From Actinomycetota bacterium (GTDB taxonomy: Bacteria > Actinomycetota > Geothermincolia > Fen-727 > Anoxymicrobiaceae), in the NCBI GenBank assembly GCA_018896525.1, contig JAHIMR010000096.1:55462-119461 (forward strand): a stretch of 64,000 bases of DNA, written 5' to 3'. Made by a program: the position numbers and the translations under genes. This document shows positions 50,686 to 59,856 of the stretch, in pieces; position 1 is the stretch's first letter; the number at the start of each line of letters is the position of its first letter. The notes below the pieces were generated by a model. The model was given only the letters and a program-made list of their open reading frames with translations. It ran no database searches and was not told the DNA's origin.

Positions 50686-51942
50686 ATGAGTCAATCGAGA
50701 AGGATACTGGCGGAGCACGCGGGCCGCGACAACGTCGAACCGGGGGAGTTTATCGAGATCCCGGTGGACCTGGTGCTGGCGAACGACGTGACCGCGCCCC
50801 TGGCCATCAAGGAGTTCGAGCGGCTGGGCTCGGGGGGACTGTTTGACCCGGAGAAAGTGGTGATGGTGCTGGACCACTTCACCCCCAACCGCGACATAGC
50901 CTCCGCCGAGCAGTGCGCGCTCATACGGCGCTTCGCCGGAGAGTACGGCCTGAAGCACTTCTACGACGGCGGGGAGGTGGGGATCGAGCACGTGCTCCTT
51001 CCCGAGGAGGGGCTTATCAGGCCGGGGAGCGTGGTGATAGGCGCGGACAGCCACACCTGCACCTACGGGGCGCTGGGCGCGTTCGCGACCGGCGTCGGCT
51101 CAACCGACGTGGCCGCCGCGATGAGCAGCGGCATGATATGGCTGAAGGTCCCCGAGGCGATACTGGTGGAGGTAACCGGCTCCCTGGGCCGGTACGTCGG
51201 GGGCAAGGACATCATCCTGTACCTCATAGGGCAACTGGGGGTCGACGGGGCCACCTACCGCTCGCTGGAGTTCACCGGGGACGGCCTGGAAGACCTGGGG
51301 GTGGAGGGACGGTTGACGGTGGCGAACATGGTCATAGAGGCAGGCGCCAAGAACGGAATATTCCCGGTGGACGACAAGACCGTTCGGTACCTGGCGGAGG
51401 TCGGGGTCGAGGCGCGGGAGGCCGAAGTTGAGCCTGACGAGACCGGGTACGCCGGCCGGATAGAGATTGACCTGGGAGAGCTCCCGCCCCAGGTCGCGCT
51501 TCCGCCGCTTCCCAGCAACTCGGTACCGGTAGGAGAGGCCCCCCGGGAGAAGCTGGACCAGGTTGTCATCGGCTCCTGCACAAACGGGCGAATCGAGGAC
51601 CTGCGCCTGGCGGCGGAGGTCCTTGCCGGAAGGAAGGCGGCTCCCGGAGTGCGGCTTGTCATAATCCCGGGATCGCCCAGGGTGTACCGGGAGTCGATGA
51701 CAGAGGGACTTTTCGACGTGTTCCTCGATGCCGGTGCGATAATATCGCCCCCCACCTGCGGCCCGTGCCTGGGTGGCCACATGGGAGTGCTCGCCGCCGG
51801 CGAAAAGGCGCTCTCCACCACGAACCGTAACTTCGTGGGACGGATGGGGCATCGCGAGAGCGAGGTCTACCTGTGTAACCCGGCGGTGGCGGCGGCATCC
51901 GCGGTCACCGGCAGGATTACCGACCCCGGGGAGCTGACATGA
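50686..51942 (+). CDS. leuC: 3-isopropylmalate dehydratase large subunit
   Basis: GADSHTCTYGALGAF, SCTNGR and CGPCLG Fe-S ligands. 418 aa. Confidence 0.9.
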   Translation: MSQSRRILAEHAGRDNVEPGEFIEIPVDLVLANDVTAPLAIKEFERLGSGGLFDPEKVVMVLDHFTPNRDIASAEQCALIRRFAGEYGLKHFYDGGEVGIEHVLLPEEGLIRPGSVVIGADSHTCTYGALGAFATGVGSTDVAAAMSSGMIWLKVPEAILVEVTGSLGRYVGGKDIILYLIGQLGVDGATYRSLEFTGDGLEDLGVEGRLTVANMVIEAGAKNGIFPVDDKTVRYLAEVGVEAREAEVEPDETGYAGRIEIDLGELPPQVALPPLPSNSVPVGEAPREKLDQVVIGSCTNGRIEDLRLAAEVLAGRKAAPGVRLVIIPGSPRVYRESMTEGLFDVFLDAGAIISPPTCGPCLGGHMGVLAAGEKALSTTNRNFVGRMGHRESEVYLCNPAVAAASAVTGRITDPGELT

Positions 51943-52445
51943 GTGGGGACGGGGCGATGATAGAGGGCAGGGCCCACAGGCTGGAAGACCATGTGAACAC
52001 GGATCTCATCATACCGGCCACATACCTGGTGGCGTCCGACCCGGCCGAGCTGGGGGAGCACCTGTTGGAAGGCCATGACCCCGAGTTCAAGTCACGGGTG
52101 AGGCCGGGCGACATCATCGTGGCCGGCGAGAACTTCGGCACCGGCTCCAGCCGGGAGCACGCCCCGCTGGCGATAAAGGGCGCCGGCATCGCCTGCGTAA
52201 TCGCAAGTTCGTTTGCCCGGATCTTCTTCAGGAACGCCATCAACGTGGGGCTCCCGATACTGGAATCGCCTGATGCGGTCAAGGTTACCGGAGAGGGGGA
52301 CCGGATCAGGGTTGACCTGGCGGCCGGGACAATCGAGAACCTGACCACGGGGGACACGTTCACTGTCCCGGCGTACCCGGAGTTCATGCGCCGCATCGTG
52401 GACGAGGGCGGGCTGATAAAGTACGTGATGAGCAAGGATTCGTAG
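51939..52445 (+). CDS. leuD: 3-isopropylmalate dehydratase small subunit
   Basis: VNTDLIIPA..., GENFGTGSSREHAP. The ATG overlaps the leuC TGA. Confidence 0.9.
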   Translation: MSGDGAMIEGRAHRLEDHVNTDLIIPATYLVASDPAELGEHLLEGHDPEFKSRVRPGDIIVAGENFGTGSSREHAPLAIKGAGIACVIASSFARIFFRNAINVGLPILESPDAVKVTGEGDRIRVDLAAGTIENLTTGDTFTVPAYPEFMRRIVDEGGLIKYVMSKDS

Positions 52446-52573
52446 CGCCGGCACCTTGCCGGCATCCGCGGGGAACGTAGCGCCGGCACCTTGCCGGCAT
52501 CCGCGGGGAACGTAGCGCCGGCACCTTGCCGGCATCCGCGGGGAACGTAGCGCCGGCACCCTGCCGGCATCCG
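52441..52573 (+). repeat. Tandem 35-bp hairpin repeat (3.8 units of CGTAGCGCCGGCACCTTGCCGGCATCCGCGGGGAA)
   Basis: Unit starts at 52441, 52476, 52511 and 52546. Each contains the hairpin GCCGGCA-CCT-TGCCGGC. The first unit includes the leuD TAG stop. Confidence 0.9.
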
Positions 52574-52618
52574 AAACTGATCGTGGTGGCTGATGGGGGA
52601 CGGAGACAAGGAGGATAC

Positions 52619-53692
52619 TTGCACAGGATAGCGGTGATACCGGGGGACGGAACAGGCCCGGAGGTGGTGGTAGAGGGATTGAAGGTGCTGGAGGCGGCGG
52701 CCTCCCATGCCGGCTTCTCCTACGATACGACCACGTTCGACTTCGGAGGTGAAAGGTACCTGGCCAGCGGGGAGACCCTGCCCGAAGGAGCGATAGACGA
52801 ACTGAAGTCGTTTGACGCCATATTCCTGGGCGCGATAGGCCACCCCGACGTGAGGCCCGGAATCCTTGAGCAGGGAATACTGCTCGAGATAAGGTTTGCG
52901 CTGGACCAGTATATAAACCTGCGGCCGGTCAAGCTCTACCCGGGGGTTGAGTGCCCGCTTCGTGATAAGGGGCCCGAGCAGGTGGACCTGGTGGTGGTGA
53001 GGGAGAACACCGAGGGCCTGTACGTGGGTTCGGGAGGGTTCACCCGCAAGGGGACCAAGGATGAGATAGCGATCCAGGAGTCGGTCAACACCAGGATGGG
53101 GGTGGAGCGCTGCATCCGCTACGCGTTCGAGTGCTGCCGGGCCCGCGACAGGGACAGGAAACTGACACTCTGCGGCAAGACCAACGTACTGACGTTCGCC
53201 CATAACCTGTGGGAGCGGGTCTTCAATGAGGTCGCGGAGGAGTACCCCGACATAGAGACAGACTACGCGCACGTGGACGCGATCTGCATGTGGTTGGTGA
53301 AGAACCCGGAGTGGTTTGACGTGGTGGTGACCGATAACATGTTCGGGGACATCATCACCGACCTGGGGGCGATGATACAGGGTGGGATGGGCATAGCCGC
53401 CGGGGGGAACATCAACCCGGAGGGCACATCGATGTTCGAGCCGATAGGTGGTTCAGCGCCCAAGTACACCGGCAAGAACGTCATCAACCCGCTCGCCGCG
53501 ATATCGGCGGTGCAGATGATGCTGGAGTTCCTGGGGGAGGAGGAGGCCGCGCGGCGAATCGAGGGAGCGGTTATCGAGGTGCTTTCAACCGGTAAGGTGA
53601 GGAACCTGTCCGCCGGCAAGATGGGAATGGGCACAGGCGAGGTCGGTGACCTCGTTGCGGGTTACGTCAGCAAGGGAGTACCTGGCGTCTAG
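52619..53692 (+). CDS. leuB: 3-isopropylmalate dehydrogenase
   Basis: [13 protein letters not shown]..., [18 protein letters not shown]. Start set at TTG 52619 after AGGAGGA. The track start 52526 lies inside the tandem repeat. Confidence 0.9.
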   Translation: MHRIAVIPGDGTGPEVVVEGLKVLEAAASHAGFSYDTTTFDFGGERYLASGETLPEGAIDELKSFDAIFLGAIGHPDVRPGILEQGILLEIRFALDQYINLRPVKLYPGVECPLRDKGPEQVDLVVVRENTEGLYVGSGGFTRKGTKDEIAIQESVNTRMGVERCIRYAFECCRARDRDRKLTLCGKTNVLTFAHNLWERVFNEVAEEYPDIETDYAHVDAICMWLVKNPEWFDVVVTDNMFGDIITDLGAMIQGGMGIAAGGNINPEGTSMFEPIGGSAPKYTGKNVINPLAAISAVQMMLEFLGEEEAARRIEGAVIEVLSTGKVRNLSAGKMGMGTGEVGDLVAGYVSKGVPGV

Positions 53693-53856
53693 TGTTCCGT
53701 CTCATAAGTACGGTGATGCACCGAGAGCGTCGGTGCGCCGCGCCGGCAAGGCGCGCGACCCAGGCGTACTCCCTGAGTACGTCGCAAGGAGCGGAACGCT
53801 CACAGGAGCGGACGGGAGCGGTGTTCGAATGCCATTGTAGTTGTGAGACGGGGCAC
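53692..53856 (-). repeat. MITE-like palindromic intergenic element, copy E (inverted orientation)
   Basis: Same family. Its first base is the G of the leuB TAG stop. Confidence 0.8.
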
Positions 53857-53890
53857 CAGTAGCGGGCACGGCCCGCCGGAAGGAGAAAAA

Positions 53891-54766
53891 ATGGGGCTTC
53901 AGGTTTACCTCGATGGGGAGTTCGTACCGGAGGACGAGGCCGGGATATCGGTCTTTGACCACGGCCTGCTCTACGGAGACGGGGTCTTCGAGGGGATCCG
54001 CATATACGGAAGAAAGCTGTTCATGCTGGACGAGCACCTGAAGCGCCTCTATGCGGGGGCAAAGGTCATCATGCTGGAGCCGCCGCTTACGATCCGGGAG
54101 ATGGAGGACGGGATACGCGAGACCGCGCGGGTGAACGATATCAGTGACGGATACGTGAGGCTTATCGTGACCCGTGGCAAGGGGGACCTGGGCCTCAGCC
54201 CCTTCAAGTGCTCCAACCCAAGCGTGATAATCATCGCCGCAACCATCAAGATATACCCCGACGAACTGTACCGGAAAGGCCTGAAGATAATAACGGTCGC
54301 CACCCGGCGCAACAATCCCGACGCGCTCAGCCCCCAGATAAAATCGCTCAACTACCTGAACCACATCCTGGCCCACTTCGAGGTGGTGCATGCCGGGGCG
54401 GATGAGGGCCTCATGTTGAACGACCAGGGGTACGTCACCGAGTGCGTCGTGGACAACCTGTTCGTGGTCAGGAACGGGGTGGTGGTGACACCGCCCTGTA
54501 ACGTTGGAGCCCTGGATGGGATAACCCGCGAGGTGGTCTTCCGTCTGTGCTCCGACCTTGACGAGAAGATAATTGAGCAGAACCTGAGCCTGGTTGAGTG
54601 CTACATGTCCGACGAGTGTTTCCTGACCGGGACCGCGGCGGAGATAGCGCCGATAACCCATATAGACGGCAGGGCCATCGCCGACGGTACTCCCGGCCCG
54701 GTGACCAGGAAGTTGATGAAGGCATTCAAGGAGTTCCGGGAGAGCCACGGCACCCCGATAGATTGA
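53891..54766 (+). CDS. ilvE: Branched-chain amino acid aminotransferase (fold type IV)
   Basis: VFDHGLLYGDGVFEGIR..., KSLNYLN (PLP Lys), TGTAAEIAPI. Start ATG 53891 after GGAAGGAG. Confidence 0.9.
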   Translation: MGLQVYLDGEFVPEDEAGISVFDHGLLYGDGVFEGIRIYGRKLFMLDEHLKRLYAGAKVIMLEPPLTIREMEDGIRETARVNDISDGYVRLIVTRGKGDLGLSPFKCSNPSVIIIAATIKIYPDELYRKGLKIITVATRRNNPDALSPQIKSLNYLNHILAHFEVVHAGADEGLMLNDQGYVTECVVDNLFVVRNGVVVTPPCNVGALDGITREVVFRLCSDLDEKIIEQNLSLVECYMSDECFLTGTAAEIAPITHIDGRAIADGTPGPVTRKLMKAFKEFRESHGTPID

Positions 54767-54788
54767 CGGGAAAGAAAGGAAGAGTTAT

Positions 54789-56366
54789 TTGCCGGACGTA
54801 TTGATCTACGACACAACCCTCCGTGACGGCGCGGCGCGCGAGGGATTGACGTTCTCACTGGAGGACAAGCTGAAGATACTCAGGCACCTGGACGCCTTCG
54901 GCATTCACTACGTTGAGGGCGGCTACCCGGCCTCCAATCCAAAGGACCTGGAGTTCTTCGACGCCGCCTCCGAGATCGACCTCCAGACCGCGAAGCTGGT
55001 GGCTTTCGGGTCAACCCGGCGCGCCCTTATCTCCGCGTCCCGTGACAAGGAGATGCGAGCGCTGGTGAAATCAGGGGCGAAGGCAGCCTGCATCTTCGGG
55101 AAGTCGTGGGACTTTCACGTGGAGACCGCCCTCAAGATATCGCTTGATGAGAACATCTACATGATCGAGGAATCGGTGAAGTACCTGAAGAAGAAGGAAC
55201 TGGAGGTCATCTACGACGCCGAGCACTTCTTCGACGCGTTCAAGGAGAACCCCAAGTACGCTCTGCGGACGGTCGAAGCCGCAGCCGCCGCGGGGGCGGA
55301 TTGGGTGGTCCTGTGCGACACCAACGGTGGGACACTCCCCCACGAGATAGCCGGAATCGTGAGGGAGGCGCGTGAAAAGGTCTCCGCGCCGCTGGGCATA
55401 CACGCTCACAACGACAGTGAGTGCGCGGTGGCGAACACCCTCTCAGCGGTAAGGGAGGGCGTTCGTATGGTCCACGGCACCATCAACGGCTACGGAGAGC
55501 GTTGCGGAAACGCCAACCTCTGCTCGGTGATACCGGACCTGGTGCTGAAGATGAACGTCGATTGCATGAGCCGGGAACGGCTGGCCAACCTGACCGAGTT
55601 GTCCCATTACGTGAGCGAGGTGGCGAACCTTACGCCCGACGCGCACCAGCCATTCGTGGGGCTTAGCGCGTTTGCCCACAAGGGCGGCATACACGCCAGC
55701 GCCGTCGCCAGGGAGGCGCGAACTTACGAGCACATCAGGCCGGACCTGGTGGGCAACATACAGCGCGTAGTGGTCTCCGAGCTGTCAGGTAAGTCCACCC
55801 TGATAATGAAGGCGAAGGAGATGGACATCGACCTGGAGGAAGAATCCAAGACGCTCTCGGAGATACTGAAAAAGATAAAGCAACTGGAGCATGTCGGTTA
55901 CCAGTTCGAGGCCGCCGACGGCTCGTTCGAGATACTGGTCCGAAAGGCCCTGGGCACCTACAAGCGGTTCTTCCGCCTGGAGTCGTTCAGGGTAATAATG
56001 GAGAAGCGTGAGGACGGCAAGGTGATGACTGAGGCCACCGTCAAGATACACGTGGGCGGTAAAAGGCTGATAGCGACCGCCGAGGGAAACGGGCCGGTGA
56101 ACGCGCTGGACCGCGCGATCCGCCTCGTATTAGCCAGGAGCTTCCCGGCGATCAGGAACATCGAACTCACCGATTACAAGGTCCGGGTACTCGATGAGAA
56201 GAAGGGGACCGCCGCGGTCACCCGGGTCCTCATCGAGACATCCGACGGGGAGAAGAACTGGGGCACCATCGGGGTTCACGAGAACATTATCGAGGCGAGC
56301 TGGGAGGCGCTTGTGGAAAGCATCGAATACGGCCTGATGCACAAGAGACAGAAGCCGAAAGAGTAA
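54789..56366 (+). CDS. cimA: (R)-citramalate synthase (long CimA/LeuA-family form)
   Basis: IYDTTLRDGAAREG (not GEQ), HAHNDSECAVANTLSAV, 525 aa with a C-terminal regulatory domain. The pattern matches the CimA subgroup. Confidence 0.8.
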   Translation: MPDVLIYDTTLRDGAAREGLTFSLEDKLKILRHLDAFGIHYVEGGYPASNPKDLEFFDAASEIDLQTAKLVAFGSTRRALISASRDKEMRALVKSGAKAACIFGKSWDFHVETALKISLDENIYMIEESVKYLKKKELEVIYDAEHFFDAFKENPKYALRTVEAAAAAGADWVVLCDTNGGTLPHEIAGIVREAREKVSAPLGIHAHNDSECAVANTLSAVREGVRMVHGTINGYGERCGNANLCSVIPDLVLKMNVDCMSRERLANLTELSHYVSEVANLTPDAHQPFVGLSAFAHKGGIHASAVAREARTYEHIRPDLVGNIQRVVVSELSGKSTLIMKAKEMDIDLEEESKTLSEILKKIKQLEHVGYQFEAADGSFEILVRKALGTYKRFFRLESFRVIMEKREDGKVMTEATVKIHVGGKRLIATAEGNGPVNALDRAIRLVLARSFPAIRNIELTDYKVRVLDEKKGTAAVTRVLIETSDGEKNWGTIGVHENIIEASWEALVESIEYGLMHKRQKPKE

Positions 56367-56377
56367 GGGGTGTTGGA

Positions 56378-57142
56378 GTGCGGCTGGTACGGTTCCGGTC
56401 CGGTGATCGTGACGGCTTTGGGATTCACCACGGTGATTTCATCCAGCCGATATCCTGGGAGCCGTTCGATGATGTGTCAGGCGACCTCGAGAAGATAGAC
56501 GCCGGGTCGGCGCGACTGCTGGCGCCGGTGCTCCCCACCAAGATCGTCGGGGTCGGGCTGAATTACACCGACCACGCGGCGGAACTGGGGATGGAGACGC
56601 CGGATGAGCCGATACTTTTCTTGAAGCCGGCGGAAACGTTGCTGGGGCCGGGCGGGACCGTCGTATACCCCTCCCAGTCAGAGAGGATCGATTACGAGGC
56701 GGAACTCGCGGTTGTGATAGGGGAGAGGACGAGGTCGGTTGAGCCACGGGATGCGCTGGATCATGTCCTGGGGTACACTTGCGGGCTCGACATCACGGCA
56801 AGGGACCTTCAGGTGACAGACGGGCAGTGGACCAGGGCCAAGAGTTTCGACACGTTCTGCCCGCTTGGGCCGTGGGTCCAGACGGAGCTGGACCCGGGAG
56901 GATTGGCCATCGAACTGCGGCTGAACGGCGAGGTCCGGCAGTCCTCCAACACCTCGAGGATGATCTTCGACGTGCCGTTCCTTGTCTCTTTCATCTCGTC
57001 GGTAATGACTCTCAACCCGGGGGATGTCATCATGACCGGAACGCCTCCCGGGGTGGGCGAAATTTCACCCGGCGACGACATAGAGGTGTCCATCGAGGGC
57101 ATAGGCACGCTTGGGTGCTCCGTCGGCATCCCGGGAGAGTAG
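56378..57142 (+). CDS. Fumarylacetoacetate hydrolase (FAH) family protein
   Basis: GVGLNYTDHAAE..., DYEAELAVVIG, GTPPGVG motifs. Confidence 0.8.
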   Translation: MRLVRFRSGDRDGFGIHHGDFIQPISWEPFDDVSGDLEKIDAGSARLLAPVLPTKIVGVGLNYTDHAAELGMETPDEPILFLKPAETLLGPGGTVVYPSQSERIDYEAELAVVIGERTRSVEPRDALDHVLGYTCGLDITARDLQVTDGQWTRAKSFDTFCPLGPWVQTELDPGGLAIELRLNGEVRQSSNTSRMIFDVPFLVSFISSVMTLNPGDVIMTGTPPGVGEISPGDDIEVSIEGIGTLGCSVGIPGE

Positions 57143-57148
57143 GGACCG

Positions 57149-58426
57149 GTGAAGACCGACGGGTTCGAGGTACTGAAGAGGGCCTGGCTTCACGTCAGGC
57201 GGAACCGTTTCCTGTGGCCGTACGCTTTCTTTATCGCCCTGGCCGGTATCGGCCCCCAGGGATTCAGCCTATGGGCGCAGAGCCCGATTCCCAGGGGGAT
57301 GACCGGCTACAGCCCCATACACCAGGTAGGCGCTCGCATCACCGATTTCGCCCATGGGAACTGGGTGCTGTGGGCGGTTTTCATCGGTCTAGGTATCGTG
57401 GTCGGACTCGCGGTCATAGCGGTGGGGTCGTTCGCGCAGGTGGCGGCCATAGGCGGGGTCGCCCAGATAGAGGCCGGTGGTAAGGGTGGCTTCGGTGAGG
57501 CGTTTCGCTGGGGGCGGGACCATTTCCGGCGATACCTGGTGTTACTCCTCGCTTACGTTGCCGTACTTGCGCTGGTCGCGGTGCCGTCAGTGCTGTTCTG
57601 GTGGTTACTGGGGAGCGGCGACGACGGGTTTTTCTTTCCCTGCGCCGGAGGGCTCATCCTCGGCCTGGTTTTCATACTGGTTTCAATACTGGCCTCAATC
57701 ATGATGGAGATCTCGGGGCGCTTCCTGGTACTCGAGGACAGAGGTGTGCTCGAATCGGCGCGGATGGCCGGGACACTCATCAAGGATTTTCACAGGGACG
57801 TGCTCATCACCTGGCTCTACGTTGCCGTGGTAACAATTGCCGGCGTCTTCTCGATGGCGATACTGATAGCGATTCTTGGGTCGCCCCTCTCCTGGATATT
57901 CACCATGGCCAACCGGCACCATAACGGCTTCCTCATCGCCCTCAGCATGCTGGCGTTTCTCATCGCCTGGGCTCTCGCGGCGGCCCTCTCCGCCGTATTC
58001 GCCATAACCGCCAGCGCCATGTGGACCATACTTTTCGCCGAGCTCCAGCCGGACGCCCTCCTCTTGCAAAAGGGGCCAGGCCCCAAACGCACATGCATTA
58101 CGCCTTTAATGTCGCGGTCCCAACACACCGGACGCGCAATGAAGTGCGCACTCAATAGGGGGGGATATCCAATCTCCCTTGTAGCGCCGGCAACCTGCCG
58201 GCATCTGCTCCCACGCCGATACTATGGGATATTCTTGAGGGGGTTCAGTCGCCCTCCAGGGGAGGTTGAGAACCCTCAAGGCGTGCGGGGTTTGATACGC
58301 CGACCGCTGCGCCGGCATCAAATTAGGTATGTGTTACTGAAGAGGTGTGTAGTCAATTGCAGGAATCAAGACCAACTGAATTCTCCGCGTTCGAGGAGAT
58401 GCCTGAACCAAGCGGCGCTACGGTGA
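57149..58426 (+). CDS. Polytopic membrane protein of unknown function; the last ~120 codons look like read-through into non-coding sequence
   Basis: Residues 1-~300 have several hydrophobic helices. After about nt 58060 the translation becomes R/C/P-rich, and it crosses a solo copy of the 35-bp repeat (58181-58205). Confidence 0.45.
   Translation: MKTDGFEVLKRAWLHVRRNRFLWPYAFFIALAGIGPQGFSLWAQSPIPRGMTGYSPIHQVGARITDFAHGNWVLWAVFIGLGIVVGLAVIAVGSFAQVAAIGGVAQIEAGGKGGFGEAFRWGRDHFRRYLVLLLAYVAVLALVAVPSVLFWWLLGSGDDGFFFPCAGGLILGLVFILVSILASIMMEISGRFLVLEDRGVLESARMAGTLIKDFHRDVLITWLYVAVVTIAGVFSMAILIAILGSPLSWIFTMANRHHNGFLIALSMLAFLIAWALAAALSAVFAITASAMWTILFAELQPDALLLQKGPGPKRTCITPLMSRSQHTGRAMKCALNRGGYPISLVAPATCRHLLPRRYYGIFLRGFSRPPGEVENPQGVRGLIRRPLRRHQIRYVLLKRCVVNCRNQDQLNSPRSRRCLNQAALR
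58181..58205 (+). repeat. Solo copy of the GTAGCGCCGGCA-NCC-TGCCGGCATC hairpin unit
   Basis: GTAGCGCCGGCAACCTGCCGGCATC matches the 52441-52573 tandem unit. Confidence 0.7.
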
Positions 58427-58481
58427 ACAAGCGGAGTCCACGCACTCGCACACAAGCAAGACCAACGTTACACATCAGAAC

Positions 58482-58550
58482 TGGTGGCGCATAGGGGATT
58501 TGAACCCCTGTTACCGCCTTGAGAGGGCGGCGTCCTAAACCAGGCTAGAC
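58482..58550 (-). pseudogene. Truncated tRNA-Glu copy (3' 69 nt, lacks a 5' acceptor strand)
   Basis: 66/69 identical to 62982-63050. The sequence where nt 1-9 should be (CGAGGTGTG) cannot pair with the 3' strand ATGCGCC. Confidence 0.75.
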
Positions 58551-58796
58551 CACACCTCGTTGTTTCCCAGTCTAACGCCTTTCCATGCCATCCACCGCTG
58601 GTTTCACCGGTAAAAACACACCCGCCTTGCATGATCCTTGCAGGACAATATTAGGGATCCTGCAACCTGCCCGAAGGGACAAAATCGCGCTAGAATATCA
58701 CTGTTAGGGGAGGCATATGGGGAATACCGGGTAAAGATATCTATCCGTGTGTCGATACCCTTAACAGGAGGGCCGTTATGCAAGGGGGATAAGGTC

Positions 58797-59435
58797 GTGC
58801 GTGCTTCGAAGAGGCCGTGGATCGTAAGCAGGGTATTCACGGGCGCTGATTGCGCCGGGTTCACCTTGCTCGAACTCATGATCACCATAATAGTCATCGG
58901 CATCCTGGTCGGCATTGCCATCCCCGTTTATCTTAACATTTCATCGAAGGCGGAGACGGCCGTTGCCACCGCGAACGAGAGAATAATCTGTGCCACGATG
59001 GACCAAATCTGGTTCAATCTGTTGGGGAACGGGGCCGAGACCTACAGGGACCCGGACCCTCCTCCCGATCTTGCCGGCCCCAGGGAAGTGGACGCCGAAT
59101 ACATGAGCTACATAACGCCAAGCAACAGGTGGGTAGAGCTGGAGGTGTTGGGAGACCGCTGGAGGATAAAAGGAATATGGAAGAACAAGACGCTGGTCCC
59201 GGGGTCCAGCGGGCCTGCGAACTACTACAACTGGGACCTGCTCTACGGCAACCTTGGCGTCCTGCAGGACTGGTACTACTGGGACGATTCGAATTGGCGT
59301 CCGAACGCCCACCGCGAGTACGTGTTCGTCCTGACGCTCCAGAAAAACGGCGTCGCCAGATACACCCAGTTTTACCAGGGCAAAGTCGACATTTCCGGGG
59401 AGTTTGACTGGGATGACGGGTGGGGCCACCCGTGA
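58797..59435 (+). CDS. Prepilin-type N-terminal cleavage/methylation domain protein (type IV pilin / pseudopilin-like)
   Basis: ...CAG|FTLLELMITIIVIGILVGIAIPVY is the class III signal peptide motif. Start proposed at GTG 58797. The track ORF starts at 58638. Confidence 0.65.
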   Translation: MRASKRPWIVSRVFTGADCAGFTLLELMITIIVIGILVGIAIPVYLNISSKAETAVATANERIICATMDQIWFNLLGNGAETYRDPDPPPDLAGPREVDAEYMSYITPSNRWVELEVLGDRWRIKGIWKNKTLVPGSSGPANYYNWDLLYGNLGVLQDWYYWDDSNWRPNAHREYVFVLTLQKNGVARYTQFYQGKVDISGEFDWDDGWGHP

Positions 59436-59502
59436 CCTATTGACGTTATTTGAAAAAAACCCCAAATGACTCAATCCATGTAGTACCCTGACTGCAAACG
59501 GG

Positions 59503-59703
59503 CTATAGAGCCTTACACCTTTGAGTCCTGGAGACGGGATGTCCTGCCAGCACGGGAATAGTACGTTGCCAGCTTTTCAACGGTGAGAAGTTGCGCGCGT
59601 CACGTGGTTTCTTCTTCGCAACCTGTATCAACTTCTTTATGTCATCGTCAGACAGCACTGCTGGGAAGCGTTGGGACACATGGGGATTTGGGATAGCCGC
59701 CAT
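59503..59703 (-). pseudogene. Short ORF, possibly a decayed fragment of a tyrosine recombinase gene (weak)
   Basis: FPAVLSDDDIKKLIQVAKKKPRDA loosely resembles the LP..LS.EE...LL.......RD.A junction of Xer/phage integrases. It abuts the right end of IS607 #2. Confidence 0.2.
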
Positions 59704-59722
59704 CGGGTCGGACCATAGATAA

Positions 59723-59856
59723 CCGTTCCTCAGAATGATGACAAATGCGCCATCTCTCCTGATTGACGTTTCTCAGGCGTCCGCCTCTCGGAAACGAGAG
59801 GTCTTACGTCCCCTCCACGTCCGTTTACCCTCTCCGTCGAACTGACGGCGAGCAAT
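59723..59856 (-). ncRNA. Candidate omega-RNA (reRNA) scaffold overlapping the tnpB 3' end
   Basis: By analogy with characterised TnpB systems, the guide RNA scaffold spans the 3' end of tnpB to the IS right end. The segment has the hairpin CCTCTCG-GAAA-CGAGAGG and is duplicated as a solo copy at 62525-62658. Confidence 0.45.

Noticed and set aside
52441-52573. Possible CRISPR array (regular 35-bp repeats with hairpin potential)
   Set aside because: The units are directly contiguous with no unique spacers. The period equals the repeat length. No cas genes or leader are present. It is better explained as a tandem REP/BIME-like repeat.
42704-53890. Extended N-termini given by the ORF track for ilvB (42704), ilvN (44442), serA (47493), leuB (52526) and ilvE (53843)
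   Set aside because: The extensions run into upstream genes or into MITE or tandem-repeat sequence, and they lack RBSs. Downstream ATG/GTG/TTG codons with Shine-Dalgarno sequences match the conserved protein N-termini.
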